NCBI GenBank assembly: GCA_964541115.1
Contig: CAZIPH010000012.1
Location: forward strand, 5,588-69,587
Direction: 5' to 3'
Source: an uncultured Salaquimonas sp.
Lineage (GTDB): Bacteria; Pseudomonadota; Alphaproteobacteria; Rhizobiales; Rhizobiaceae
DNA length: 64,000 nucleotides
The notes beneath the pieces were generated by a model that saw nothing but the letters and a program-made list of their open reading frames with translations, was not told the origin of the DNA and searched no databases. The position numbers and the translations under genes were made by a program. This document shows, piece after piece, positions 29,400 to 38,470 of the stretch (the stretch's first letter is position 1; each line of letters opens with the position of its first letter).

Positions 29400-31016
29400 T
29401 CAGTGCCGGAAATGGCGCATGCCGGTGAACACCATTGCAATGCCTGCTTCATCGGCTGCCTTGATGACCTCCTCATCGCGCATGGAACCGCCCGGCTGGA
29501 TCACCGCTGTCGCGCCTGCCTCGATTGCCGACAAGAGGCCGTCGGCGAAGGGAAAGAAGGCATCGGATGCAACGACGCTGCCAATGGTGGCCGATGCCGG
29601 TGCGCCGGCAGTTGCCGCTGCATCGTCCGCCTTCCTTGCGGCTATGCGCGAAGAATCCACCCGGCTCATCTGCCCGGCGCCAATTCCCACGGTTGCGCCG
29701 TCCTTCACATAGATGATGGCATTGGACTTAACGTGCTTGGCGATACGAAAGGCGAGCCTCATGTCTTCCATTTCTGCCTCTGTCGGCTGGCGTTTGGTGA
29801 CAACCTTCAATTCGACATCGTCTACCGAACCATTGTCGCGTGACTGGACAAGAAGGCCGCCGGAAACGGATTTGAGCAAAACACCTGCAGTGCGCGGATT
29901 GGCCAGCCCGCCTGTTGTCAAAAGCCGCAGGTTCGGTTTTGCGGCAATGATCTGTCTTGCCTCCTCGCTGACGGAGGGAGCGATGATGACCTCGGTGAAG
30001 ATCTTGACGATCTCGGAGGCCGCCTCGCCATCGAGTTCACGGTTCATCGCGACGATGCCGCCAAAGGCGGAAACCGTGTCACAGGCATAGGCCTTCTCAT
30101 AAGCCTGGCGAAGGGATGCAGCAGTTGCCACACCGCACGGATTGGCGTGTTTGATGATCGCGATTGCAGCACTTTTTTCAGGATCAAACTCGCTGGCCAG
30201 TTCGAAGGCGGCATCGGTATCGTTGATGTTGTTGTAGGAAAGCTGCTTGCCCTGCAACTGCGTAGCGGTCGAAACGCCCGCCCGGCTTTCACTTGTAAGG
30301 TAGAAGGCGGCCTGCTGATGCGGGTTCTCGCCATAGCGAAGGATTTCGTGTCTTTTTGCCGCGATGGAGAACCGGTCGGGAAAGCTTTCGCCGAGCTGTC
30401 CTGCGAACCAGTTCGAGATGGCACTGTCATAGGCCGCCGTCAGGGCATAGGCGCTGGCAGCCATCTTCTTGCGGAAATCCAACGGCAGTTGACCGTCATT
30501 TTCGCGCATCAGTTCGACCAGGCTGCCGTAATCTGCCGGATCGGTGAGGATGGTGACATAGGCATGGTTTTTTGCCGAGGCGCGTATCATGGCAGGCCCG
30601 CCGATATCAATGTTCTCGACGCAGTTGGCATAATCCGCACCGGCGGCAACGGTCTTCCCGAACGGATAGAGATTGACCACTACGATATCGATGGGGAGGA
30701 TGCCGTGTTCGCTCATCGCCCGTTGGTGTTCGCTATCATCCCGGATGGAAAGCAGGCCGCCATGGATGCCCGGATGCAGCGTCTTAACGCGGCCGTCCAT
30801 GATCTCGGGAAATCCGGTCAATTCGCTGACATCGCGAACCGGAATGCCGGCCTCCGCCAGTGCGCTGGCAGTGCCACCGGTTGATACCAGTTCCACCCCC
30901 ATATCGTTTAACGCCGCCGCAAGTTTGATGACCCCGCTCTTGACGGATACGGACAGCAAGGCCCGCTTTGGCCTGACGAGATCGGGGACGGGAATGTTCT
31001 TGGATGCCACAGCCAT
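29400..31016 (-). CDS. purH: Bifunctional AICAR transformylase / IMP cyclohydrolase PurH
   Basis: 538 aa. N-terminal MGS-like domain ([11 protein letters not shown]..., STGGTASAL) and a C-terminal AICARFT domain ending in GMRHFRH. Confidence 0.97.
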   Translation of the reverse strand: MAVASKNIPVPDLVRPKRALLSVSVKSGVIKLAAALNDMGVELVSTGGTASALAEAGIPVRDVSELTGFPEIMDGRVKTLHPGIHGGLLSIRDDSEHQRAMSEHGILPIDIVVVNLYPFGKTVAAGADYANCVENIDIGGPAMIRASAKNHAYVTILTDPADYGSLVELMRENDGQLPLDFRKKMAASAYALTAAYDSAISNWFAGQLGESFPDRFSIAAKRHEILRYGENPHQQAAFYLTSESRAGVSTATQLQGKQLSYNNINDTDAAFELASEFDPEKSAAIAIIKHANPCGVATAASLRQAYEKAYACDTVSAFGGIVAMNRELDGEAASEIVKIFTEVIIAPSVSEEARQIIAAKPNLRLLTTGGLANPRTAGVLLKSVSGGLLVQSRDNGSVDDVELKVVTKRQPTEAEMEDMRLAFRIAKHVKSNAIIYVKDGATVGIGAGQMSRVDSSRIAARKADDAAATAGAPASATIGSVVASDAFFPFADGLLSAIEAGATAVIQPGGSMRDEEVIKAADEAGIAMVFTGMRHFRH

Positions 31017-31045
31017 GGGATACTGCCTTGAAGATGGAGATTGGG

Positions 31046-31075
31046 AGATAGATATCCCCTAGCATGGGGGTCAAG
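31046..31075 (-). promoter_or_regulatory. Candidate sigma70 promoter for purH (CTTGAC-N18-CTATCT)
   Basis: Minus strand reads GCGCGCTTGACCCCCATGCTAGGGGATATCTATCTCCC. The -35 is a 6/6 match and the -10 a 5/6 match to the rhizobial consensus, about 30 nt upstream of the purH ATG. Pattern match only. Confidence 0.3.
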
Positions 31076-31174
31076 CGCGCCGAAACCGTCAATTGGCAGA
31101 ACCGCCCGGCAAAGTTGGATTGTCCAAAGCTTTGTCCAATACAGCGTTGAAGTCTTTGTGCGGCAACTGCCGGG

Positions 31175-32887
31175 TCACTTTCCGGAAACGCGTTGGCGTA
31201 CGAGCAGCCAGCGCACTTCGGGCGTTTCGCGCGCGCTTCCTGCCAGAACGATCTGCTTGCTGCGCTTGGCACCGGTTGTGGGTGAGAAATAGATGCTTTC
31301 CTCGATTTCCGGCAGGCAGTCGAGACAGGTCAGTTTCCAGACCAATCCGCCGCCACACATCATCAAAATGCTGGCGCCATTGTCTGTTTTTCCAGCGCTG
31401 ACGGAAGGGTGAAGGTGAAAACGGATGGCGAAGTCCAGCGCGCCCTTGCGAGGGAGGGGCCTGCCCGCCCTGCCGTGGAGCTTGTCGATGCCCTCAATGC
31501 GATTGCCGCCAGCGGTCAGGTGAACCTTGCGGGAATGGATGACCCCAAAGCGCTTGAGGTAGCCGTCATGGCCTGCCGAGAAACGCTTGCTGGTGGCGGT
31601 GTTCTCCCTTTTGCATTCTACCTTCGAAACACCGCTGATGATGCGGTCGCCGAGCAGGCTCATCACTCCGCCGCTGCTGTAGAAGCGTGAGGAGGATGTA
31701 TCATTGAGGACCAGGGTCGAATGGGCGGCAGTGGCGCGTGCAGCTGTTCTTGCCGGGGATGTCGCCGCCGGCACACCGCAATTGACAAAGACGAGATTGT
31801 CGCCGGATGATATTTCAAGGGAAAGAGTTCCGGCATTGGCAGTGGTAGAATCAGCCCCCCTTGGTGGCGCACCGGTATCGGTCAGGATGATGGTCTCGCC
31901 GAGCGCCATCCGCTGGAAACCTGAATCCACCGCACTCTCGGGGGCGGAACCGAAAAAGTCGTCATATTGCAGGATTGTGGCAAGCAGATCGGCCCGCCCG
32001 CCGCCGGACCCGTTGAACCGTGCAAGGTTTCCATCGCCAAGCCGGAAGAATTTTACCGCGACCATGATGCGGTCGATGGAGGTGACCAGTCCGGGCGACG
32101 GGGCCTTGCCAAGGCGCTTGTAGGATTCGCGAAGCGGAAGCAGCAGGGCCAGAAGTTCGACGAGAACCTGCGGATTGCGGCTCAAATGTCCACCATCGCG
32201 AAAAACCTGCTCGGCAAGTTCTTCATCCAGACGCTCTGGCGCCTTGCGCAGGCGGCGCGACTGGCCATCCACGCAAAGGGCGGCATAGCAAAGGGCAATA
32301 CGGGTATAGAGCCGGTCGAGCGCGCACGCACTCTCATCGCAGCGTGCCTTGAGGATACGGATGTGTATGCCGATCGACTTCAGCCAGGCCTGGTAGAAGC
32401 GGGGTGTAGCGTTCTCGACGACCGGAACAGAGTGACATAACCATGCCATCATCCTCCGAGCCGCAACCTGGTTGTCCCAGGCAAGCCTGCCCGAGGGTTT
32501 GCCGTGCAGGGCAATCCAGTCAGAAATACGCGCCTGTATGCAGGACTTGGACCGAGCGCTGCCTTCGGCTTCGAGGTGACGAATCCAACCAAAGGAATGC
32601 AGTTCGCGCTGCCACTGGACCGGTGCCTTCTGCACAGTAAAGGGGTTGCCACCCCGGCAGTCAATTGTAGTGCCACCCAGGAAGAAAACGCCTGAATAAA
32701 GATCATCGGCGCTGGTCGGATCAGCAGTAAACAGGTCCTGTGGTGCAAGCAGCAGCTTTTCCGGTGCCGGGCCGCTGGCAATGATTGCTGCAGGCGCAGT
32801 GCGCCCGGCCTTGTGAGCGAAGCGGCGCGCCTTTTCTGCAATTGCCAGGCGGGCAATCGTCATCGTCTGAAGCAGCCCGCCATTCAT
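31175..32887 (-). CDS. Heparinase II/III-like family protein (no signal peptide)
   Basis: 570 aa. My recollection of a family conserved between purH and rsmB in Rhizobiales and annotated as heparinase II/III-like. The assignment rests on size, synteny and general sequence character, not on a checked motif. Confidence 0.6.
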   Translation of the reverse strand: MNGGLLQTMTIARLAIAEKARRFAHKAGRTAPAAIIASGPAPEKLLLAPQDLFTADPTSADDLYSGVFFLGGTTIDCRGGNPFTVQKAPVQWQRELHSFGWIRHLEAEGSARSKSCIQARISDWIALHGKPSGRLAWDNQVAARRMMAWLCHSVPVVENATPRFYQAWLKSIGIHIRILKARCDESACALDRLYTRIALCYAALCVDGQSRRLRKAPERLDEELAEQVFRDGGHLSRNPQVLVELLALLLPLRESYKRLGKAPSPGLVTSIDRIMVAVKFFRLGDGNLARFNGSGGGRADLLATILQYDDFFGSAPESAVDSGFQRMALGETIILTDTGAPPRGADSTTANAGTLSLEISSGDNLVFVNCGVPAATSPARTAARATAAHSTLVLNDTSSSRFYSSGGVMSLLGDRIISGVSKVECKRENTATSKRFSAGHDGYLKRFGVIHSRKVHLTAGGNRIEGIDKLHGRAGRPLPRKGALDFAIRFHLHPSVSAGKTDNGASILMMCGGGLVWKLTCLDCLPEIEESIYFSPTTGAKRSKQIVLAGSARETPEVRWLLVRQRVSGK

Positions 32888-33063
32888 GCGTAAATCCCGG
32901 TTGTTGAGGCTGAAGGCGTTATCGGCATCGCTGCACAGATTCGTCTCTCCAGACCCAATCTACCGGCAATGGTCAAAAGAACAAGTCATCCCGTTTTAAC
33001 CCTCCCCCACATTGCCCTGGCTTCGCCTCGGAGATCTACCTGAAATCCAGTCAGGCTGAGGGT

Positions 33064-34458
33064 TCACAATGCCTTTTTGAACCGTGCAGCGAAAAAACCG
33101 TCCATTCCGCCCATTGCCGGATTGTCAAGCGTCAGGAAATGGGGAAGGGAACGAAACTGGCCCCTTCCATTGATACAGGCCTCAAGGCCTGGAAGTTCTC
33201 CTGCTTCGATCGGGTCTGCCTCGAGGCCATCCAGTTTCAAACTGGCGACAAGATTTTCTCCCTCTTCCTTGAGAAGGGAACAATTGGCATAGATCAAGCG
33301 TCCGCCGGGTTTCAGCCAGTTTGCCACCCGGGCAATCATGGCGCGTTGCAGCGCAATCAGGATTTGCAGGTCGTTCTCATCCGTGTTCCAGAGTATGTCG
33401 GGATGGCGGCGCACCGTGCCGGTTGCGCTACAGGGTGCATCAAGAATAATCGCATCGACTGGCGCAACAGGTTCCCATTCAAGAAGATCAGTACAGACGA
33501 TCCTGGCTTTCAGGCTTGTACGCTCCAGGTTTTCCCTGAGCCGGTCAAGACGGCGTGCAGAAATATCGACAGCGATCACATCTGCGCCGACTGAAGCCAG
33601 TTGCATGGTTTTGCCGCCTGGTGCGGCACAAAGGTCGATGACGGATTTTCCCGAGACATCACCCAGCAGGCGAACCGGCTGGGCGGCGGCGATATCCTGA
33701 ACCCACCACTGACCTTCCGCGTAACCGGGCAACTGGTTCACGGGTCGCGGGTCGGTCAGCCTTGCAGCATTTCCCGGCAGCGCCATCATGAGGTCAGGGT
33801 CCACAGGCCATCCCGGCTTTCCCTGAAGGTCGAGAACGGGTGGTCTTGCAATCGCTCGGCTAATAAGGTCGAGTTTTTCCCGGCCATGGTCGCTTGCAAG
33901 GCGCTTGGCCAGAAAAGGCGGGAAGAGTGTTACGGAGGCGGTTTTTGCCAGTAGCTCCTCCCTTTCGCGTACAAGCGTGCGAAGCACTGCGTTGGCGAAG
34001 CCGGAAAAGCGGTTCGTGCTGCGTTCGCGCTTGATGGCCCCGGTGGCAAGATCGACTGCCGCGCTATGGGGAACATCCATGAAAAGGATCTGCGCCGCGG
34101 CAGTTTCGAGTGTCGAGACCAGAAAACGGGCGCGCCGGGGCGGCGTGCGGTCCCAGCAAAGGTTGAGGATGGCATTGATCCGGGTTCTGTGGCGCAGGGT
34201 GGCAAGTGCAATGGCGCGAGCAAGGGCCTGGTCGCGTGCGTCAAGTTTCAGCCAGGCGGAGAGGCCCCGCTCGGGATCGGTCAGATCCTCCATGCTGGCC
34301 TTCTTGTCGATTACCAGCATGACAAGCGCGGTGGCGGCAAGCCTGCTTTCGAGACCTTCCTTGTTTCGGTGACCGGCGTTCCTGTAACCAGGCTTGTTTG
34401 TGGATGGTGCTTTCATGAGTTCGGTGTGGCTTTCTCGGCCGGCTTTCCATTGGCGCAA
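33064..34458 (-). CDS. rsmB: 16S rRNA (cytosine967-C5)-methyltransferase RsmB/Sun family
   Basis: NusB-like N-terminal domain plus a SAM methyltransferase domain with IDLCAAPGGKT and DAPCSATG motifs. The start may be ATG 34416. Confidence 0.85.
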   Translation of the reverse strand: MRQWKAGRESHTELMKAPSTNKPGYRNAGHRNKEGLESRLAATALVMLVIDKKASMEDLTDPERGLSAWLKLDARDQALARAIALATLRHRTRINAILNLCWDRTPPRRARFLVSTLETAAAQILFMDVPHSAAVDLATGAIKRERSTNRFSGFANAVLRTLVREREELLAKTASVTLFPPFLAKRLASDHGREKLDLISRAIARPPVLDLQGKPGWPVDPDLMMALPGNAARLTDPRPVNQLPGYAEGQWWVQDIAAAQPVRLLGDVSGKSVIDLCAAPGGKTMQLASVGADVIAVDISARRLDRLRENLERTSLKARIVCTDLLEWEPVAPVDAIILDAPCSATGTVRRHPDILWNTDENDLQILIALQRAMIARVANWLKPGGRLIYANCSLLKEEGENLVASLKLDGLEADPIEAGELPGLEACINGRGQFRSLPHFLTLDNPAMGGMDGFFAARFKKAL

Positions 34459-34507
34459 AACGCTCTATAACAACGGGGGGAGGAAATGTCTGTGAGAAAC
34501 CGGTCAA

Positions 34508-34705
34508 ATGACGAATAGCGCAAATGACGCATTGCCAGCGGCTGCAAAACGCGCATTGAAAGAAGCCGAGGAACGGCGCCAGGCGCGCGAGGCGGCAGCC
34601 AAGAACGCAGTCGGGAAGGCACCAAAGGAAATCAATGGCAGGAATGGTCCTGATCCAGCCCGCTATGGCGACTGGGAAAAAAAGGGCATTGCCATTGATT
34701 TCTGA
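34508..34705 (+). CDS. DUF1674 / SDHAF4-like small protein
   Basis: 65 aa. The C-terminal GPDPARYGDWEKKGIAIDF matches the conserved C-terminus of succinate dehydrogenase assembly factor 4 (GPEPTRYGDWERKGRCIDF type). Confidence 0.75.
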   Translation: MTNSANDALPAAAKRALKEAEERRQAREAAAKNAVGKAPKEINGRNGPDPARYGDWEKKGIAIDF

Positions 34706-34743
34706 GCGGTGCGATTTAATCCCGATGCACGACATTTATCCAA

Positions 34744-35109
34744 TCAGGCAGCAAGCGCGCTTGCCACATGGCGGCGGATTTCCGGCAGGGTAAAGGGCTT
34801 CTGGACAACATCAATCACGATCTCGCCAATGCTTCCGGCGCGTTCGCGCTGGTTGGCATAGCCTGTCATCATCAGGATCTTCTGGTTCGGCATGGCTCTT
34901 GCCAGTCCAATGCTCATTTCGATACCGTCCATCTGGGGCATCTGGATATCCGTGAGCACGAGGTCGAAACCGGCCTGATCGGCAATAAATATCTCCAGCC
35001 CCATCTCGCCATCTTCAGCCTCGACCACCTCATGCCTGTCGATTTCAAGAGCGCGCGCGACGAATGAACGCACGGAATCATCATCCTCGACCAGCAGAAT
35101 CCTAGCCAT
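34744..35109 (-). CDS. cpdR: Single-domain response regulator, CpdR-like
   Basis: 121-aa receiver-only protein (MARILLVEDDD..., LVLTDIQMPQMDG, VVQKPF). Its ATG overlaps the hpt stop (TGATG at 35107-35111). The longer track ORF (to 35202) is rejected. Confidence 0.75.
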   Translation of the reverse strand: MARILLVEDDDSVRSFVARALEIDRHEVVEAEDGEMGLEIFIADQAGFDLVLTDIQMPQMDGIEMSIGLARAMPNQKILMMTGYANQRERAGSIGEIVIDVVQKPFTLPEIRRHVASALAA

Positions 35110-35651
35110 CAGGCGTCCCCCGTCACAATGCCCACAAAGGGCAATTCCCTGAATGCAAAAGCCGCATCCATTCCATAGCCCACGACAAACTTGTCGGGGC
35201 ATTCAAATCCGATGAAGTCCGCCTCTATGTCCGATTTGCGCTTGGAGGACTTGTCAAGAAGGCTGATTATGGCAACCTTGTTGGCACCTCGCGAAAGCAT
35301 GAGATCGCGGGTGTATTTCATCGTCTTTCCTGATTCCAGTATGTCATCGATCAGGATTACGTCGCGACCCCTGACGTCCGTATCAATATCCCGCAACAGC
35401 CGTATCTCACCACTTTCCGTACCCTTGCCGTAACTGGAAATGTAGATGAACTCGACTTCGGGAGACATCCCGGCCTTGTGAAAAGCACGGATGAGGTCAG
35501 CGGCAAAGACGAAGGAACCCTTTAGAACCGAAATGACCAGAACGTCCTTCAGGTCACTGAGGGCAACCGCCTCAGCCAGTTCGTTAATGCGTTTGGCGAT
35601 GACTTCGGCGCTGAAGAGAACTTCGATCTTCTTGTTGCGTACAATCGGCAT
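35109..35651 (-). CDS. hpt: Hypoxanthine phosphoribosyltransferase
   Basis: 180 aa. PRPP-binding motif VILIDDILESGKT and C-terminal KFVVGYGMD. Confidence 0.93.
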   Translation of the reverse strand: MPIVRNKKIEVLFSAEVIAKRINELAEAVALSDLKDVLVISVLKGSFVFAADLIRAFHKAGMSPEVEFIYISSYGKGTESGEIRLLRDIDTDVRGRDVILIDDILESGKTMKYTRDLMLSRGANKVAIISLLDKSSKRKSDIEADFIGFECPDKFVVGYGMDAAFAFRELPFVGIVTGDA

Positions 35652-35666
35652 TGGTGTTCGGGCTTC

Positions 35667-36401
35667 CTATTTCATGGATTTGTCGGTTACCTGGGCCGTG
35701 ACATGAGCGGTCTCGGCGCGCCCGGAGAAATCTATTGAAGAAGTCCTGAAATAGATACTGTCATCTGCCTTGACGATGCCGGCACCTGTTCGGTGACGCC
35801 AGCTTTGCACTTCCTTGCCGTCTTCATCCATCAGGGAAATCGTCAATGGCAAAAGCGATCGGGATTGGCCGGCCCGGTTGGTAATCTTGCCTGTAACAGT
35901 CACCACAAAAGTGCCGTTCTTGAGAATACGGGTCATTGTGATGTCGCGCACAAATAGACCCTGCGCTGCGCTGACCGATGCGGTGGTCATCGGGTCGATA
36001 TCCAGTCGTCCTGCCTGTTCCGTGAACCAGATGAAGCCGATGGGAAGCGCTACTGCGAGGGTGAATACTGCTGCGAGCGTTGTATAGGGTACAGTGTTTG
36101 CGGGTTCATCGTAATCGTTGGCGCCGACAGGCTGGCGGATTGCTGAACGATCGCGGGCCTCGGGTGCCCTGGCGGACTGGCGAGAGTGGACCCTGTCCAC
36201 AAAATAGCTGGAAATGCCGTTCTTTTCGAAAGGTCTGCGCGGTTCGCCGTTGGCCACATCGTGACCGTCCGTGTAGCCCGGCCTCTTGAAAGGATCGCGC
36301 TTTCCAAAGCTTCTGGCGGTCGATCCATCCACACCATCCAGCGGGTCATGGTCGATGACCTGTACGGGCCTTGGTCGCTCGTTGTTACGATTGAATGCCA
36401 T
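35667..36401 (-). CDS. Single-pass membrane protein with DUF3426-like C-terminal domain
   Basis: Start at ATG 36401 (MAFNRNN...). Disordered N-terminal half, one TM helix (LAAVFTLAVALPIGFIWF), then a beta-rich domain (VVTVTGKITNRAGQSRSLLPLTISLMDEDGKEV) resembling DUF3426. Divergent from ftsE. Confidence 0.55.
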   Translation of the reverse strand: MAFNRNNERPRPVQVIDHDPLDGVDGSTARSFGKRDPFKRPGYTDGHDVANGEPRRPFEKNGISSYFVDRVHSRQSARAPEARDRSAIRQPVGANDYDEPANTVPYTTLAAVFTLAVALPIGFIWFTEQAGRLDIDPMTTASVSAAQGLFVRDITMTRILKNGTFVVTVTGKITNRAGQSRSLLPLTISLMDEDGKEVQSWRHRTGAGIVKADDSIYFRTSSIDFSGRAETAHVTAQVTDKSMK

Positions 36402-36502
36402 CTCTTGACCTTTCAACTTCACCCATGGTGCAACGCCCGATTTTCCCTGTCGTTGGCGGGCCGGGGTTGAACCTTTGCGATTCGATGCTTACAGGCCATT
36501 CC

Positions 36503-36528
36503 TTAAGGCATTGTTAACCATGATTAAC
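36503..36528. promoter_or_regulatory. CtrA box TTAA-N7-TTAACCAT plus an extra TTAAC half-site
   Basis: TTAAGGCATTGTTAACCATGATTAAC in the divergent intergenic region, about 130 bp upstream of ftsE and about 100 bp upstream of the 36401 gene. Confidence 0.55.
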
Positions 36529-36648
36529 GCAAGGTCCGTTTTTGCAGGGTTCGACTTTACTGGAAACCGCGCTGCGCAATGATAGACGATGAGCACTCGC
36601 GATGAATCGCTGGGTTCGGTCCGAAGTTTCAACAAAGGGGGCAGGCAC

Positions 36649-37308
36649 ATGATCGAGTTTGAAAATGTCGGCCTGCGCTATGGCCTTGGTCCGGAAGTCC
36701 TGAGTGACCTCAGCTTCTCCATTCCCCCTGATTCGTTCCAGTTCCTGACCGGGCCGTCCGGTGCGGGAAAGACCAGCCTGCTTCGTCTCATGCTGATGTC
36801 ACTGAAGCCGACACGGGGGCTTGTTCGTGTATTCGGCCAGGAAGCCTCGAGGATAGGGCGGGAGGAAATGCCGCTTATCCGCCGCAAGATAGGCGTCGTC
36901 TTCCAGGACTTCAGGCTGCTCGATCACCTGACGACTTATGAAAATGTCGCGTTGCCACTGAAGGTTCGCGGCAAGGATGAGGCTGCCTATCAGCGCGATG
37001 TGGTGGAACTGCTCAAATGGGTCGGCCTGGGCGAACGGATGCATGCCCTGCCGCCGGTCCTGTCGGGCGGCGAAAAACAGCGAGCCGCCATTGCCCGTGC
37101 CCTAATTGACCAGCCGCAGGTCCTGCTGGCGGATGAGCCGACCGGCAATGTGGATCCGCCAATGGCGAGACGACTGCTCAGGCTGTTTATCGAATTGCAT
37201 CGCTCGGGCACTTCGGTTGTCATTGCCACACATGACATGGGACTGATGGACCAGTATGATGCAAGGCGGCTCGTCCTGACCGATGGAAGGCTGCAGATCT
37301 ATGACTGA
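36649..37308 (+). CDS. ftsE: Cell division ATP-binding protein FtsE
   Basis: ABC ATPase: Walker A GPSGAGKTS, signature LSGGEKQR, Walker B LLADEP. Start at ATG 36649 (MIEFENVG...). Confidence 0.93.
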   Translation: MIEFENVGLRYGLGPEVLSDLSFSIPPDSFQFLTGPSGAGKTSLLRLMLMSLKPTRGLVRVFGQEASRIGREEMPLIRRKIGVVFQDFRLLDHLTTYENVALPLKVRGKDEAAYQRDVVELLKWVGLGERMHALPPVLSGGEKQRAAIARALIDQPQVLLADEPTGNVDPPMARRLLRLFIELHRSGTSVVIATHDMGLMDQYDARRLVLTDGRLQIYD

Positions 37309-38353
37309 TGAACGTGTCAGCCGCCCGCCTGAAACCGCATCCGCGGGCAAGCCGGAAAAGGGCGTCGTGGAAACCGCTGCAACCGATGGGCAGCAAAAAT
37401 CCGCTGGCGAACCCCGCCGCAGGCAACCGCCATTGCACAGCGGCCGCTCAATTGTTCCGCGTGAAGGCGTTGCCGGGCAGGCCTTGCTGACCGTAATTGC
37501 CATCATGGCGTTTCTCGCCTGTCTGACGCTTGGCGCCGTCTATCTGGTTCGCGAAACCGCACAGGGATGGCAGACCGATATTTCAAGGGAAATCACGGTC
37601 CAGATCCGGCCATTTGAAAATGTCGATCTGGAAACATCGATCCGCGATGCCAGCCGCCTGCTGCTAAGCCAGGAAGGGATCGGCAGCGTTACGGTCCTTG
37701 ACGATGATGCAACCAGGCGGTTGCTTGAACCCTATCTTGGAAGCGGGTTACAACTGGAGGAACTGCCGATCCCGGCCCTGATGACCGTCACCATCAAGGA
37801 TGGGGCCACCCCCGATTATGCCGCGATCAGCGAAAGGCTGCGAAGCGAGATTCCCGGCGCCTCGCTTGATGATCACCGCTCATGGGTGGACCGGCTGACG
37901 TCGATGGCCCGCACCACCGTTCTTGGCGGGATACTGGTATTTGTCCTGGTGATGACGGCAACCGTGTTGACGGTAGTCTTTGCGACACGAGGTGCAATGG
38001 CCGGCAACAAGGACATTGTCGATGTTCTGCATTTTGTCGGTGCGGACCGGCGTTTCATTGCCCGCGAATTTGAACATCATTTCCTTCGTCTTGGCATGAT
38101 GGGCGCAATGACGGGCGGGGCGGCGGCGACCTTCGTCTTTCTGGCGCTCGGCTTCTGGTCTGCTTCCATGCGCTCGACACCGCAGGCCGACCAAATGGCA
38201 GCCTTGTTTGGCAGTTTTACCATCGGCTTCACCGGGCTCCTGGGGATCTTTGTAGTTGCGGTTTCGGTTGCCGTGCTTACAGGCCTGACATCGCGGATCA
38301 CCGTCATGCGCCATGTACATCAGCTTGAGACCTATGGCGGAAGGAATGGCTGA
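37301..38353 (+). CDS. ftsX: Cell division permease-like protein FtsX
   Basis: ATG 37301 overlaps the ftsE stop (ATGACTGA). Four TM helices with a large first periplasmic loop. Confidence 0.85.
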   Translation: MTDERVSRPPETASAGKPEKGVVETAATDGQQKSAGEPRRRQPPLHSGRSIVPREGVAGQALLTVIAIMAFLACLTLGAVYLVRETAQGWQTDISREITVQIRPFENVDLETSIRDASRLLLSQEGIGSVTVLDDDATRRLLEPYLGSGLQLEELPIPALMTVTIKDGATPDYAAISERLRSEIPGASLDDHRSWVDRLTSMARTTVLGGILVFVLVMTATVLTVVFATRGAMAGNKDIVDVLHFVGADRRFIAREFEHHFLRLGMMGAMTGGAAATFVFLALGFWSASMRSTPQADQMAALFGSFTIGFTGLLGIFVVAVSVAVLTGLTSRITVMRHVHQLETYGGRNG

Positions 38354-38470
38354 TCGCCAGGACGGTTTCCCGCGCCGTAATTTGCCGGATTTCAGACAAG
38401 ACTGCGCCGTTTTTGAATGGCATCAAACGAAGCACGCATAAAGCGAAGGAGAATCAGGGCGGGTGCCTGA

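Noticed and set aside
34744-35202. The long version of the CpdR-like ORF (152 aa), implying a 94-nt same-strand overlap with hpt; likewise the long lemA ORF from 25152 overlapping the divergent small gene.
   Set aside because: The N-terminal extensions are Cys/Gly-rich with no receiver or LemA homology. Internal ATGs (35109 and 25542) give canonical N-termini, and at 25542 also an RBS (at 35109 the support is the TGATG stop/start coupling with hpt).
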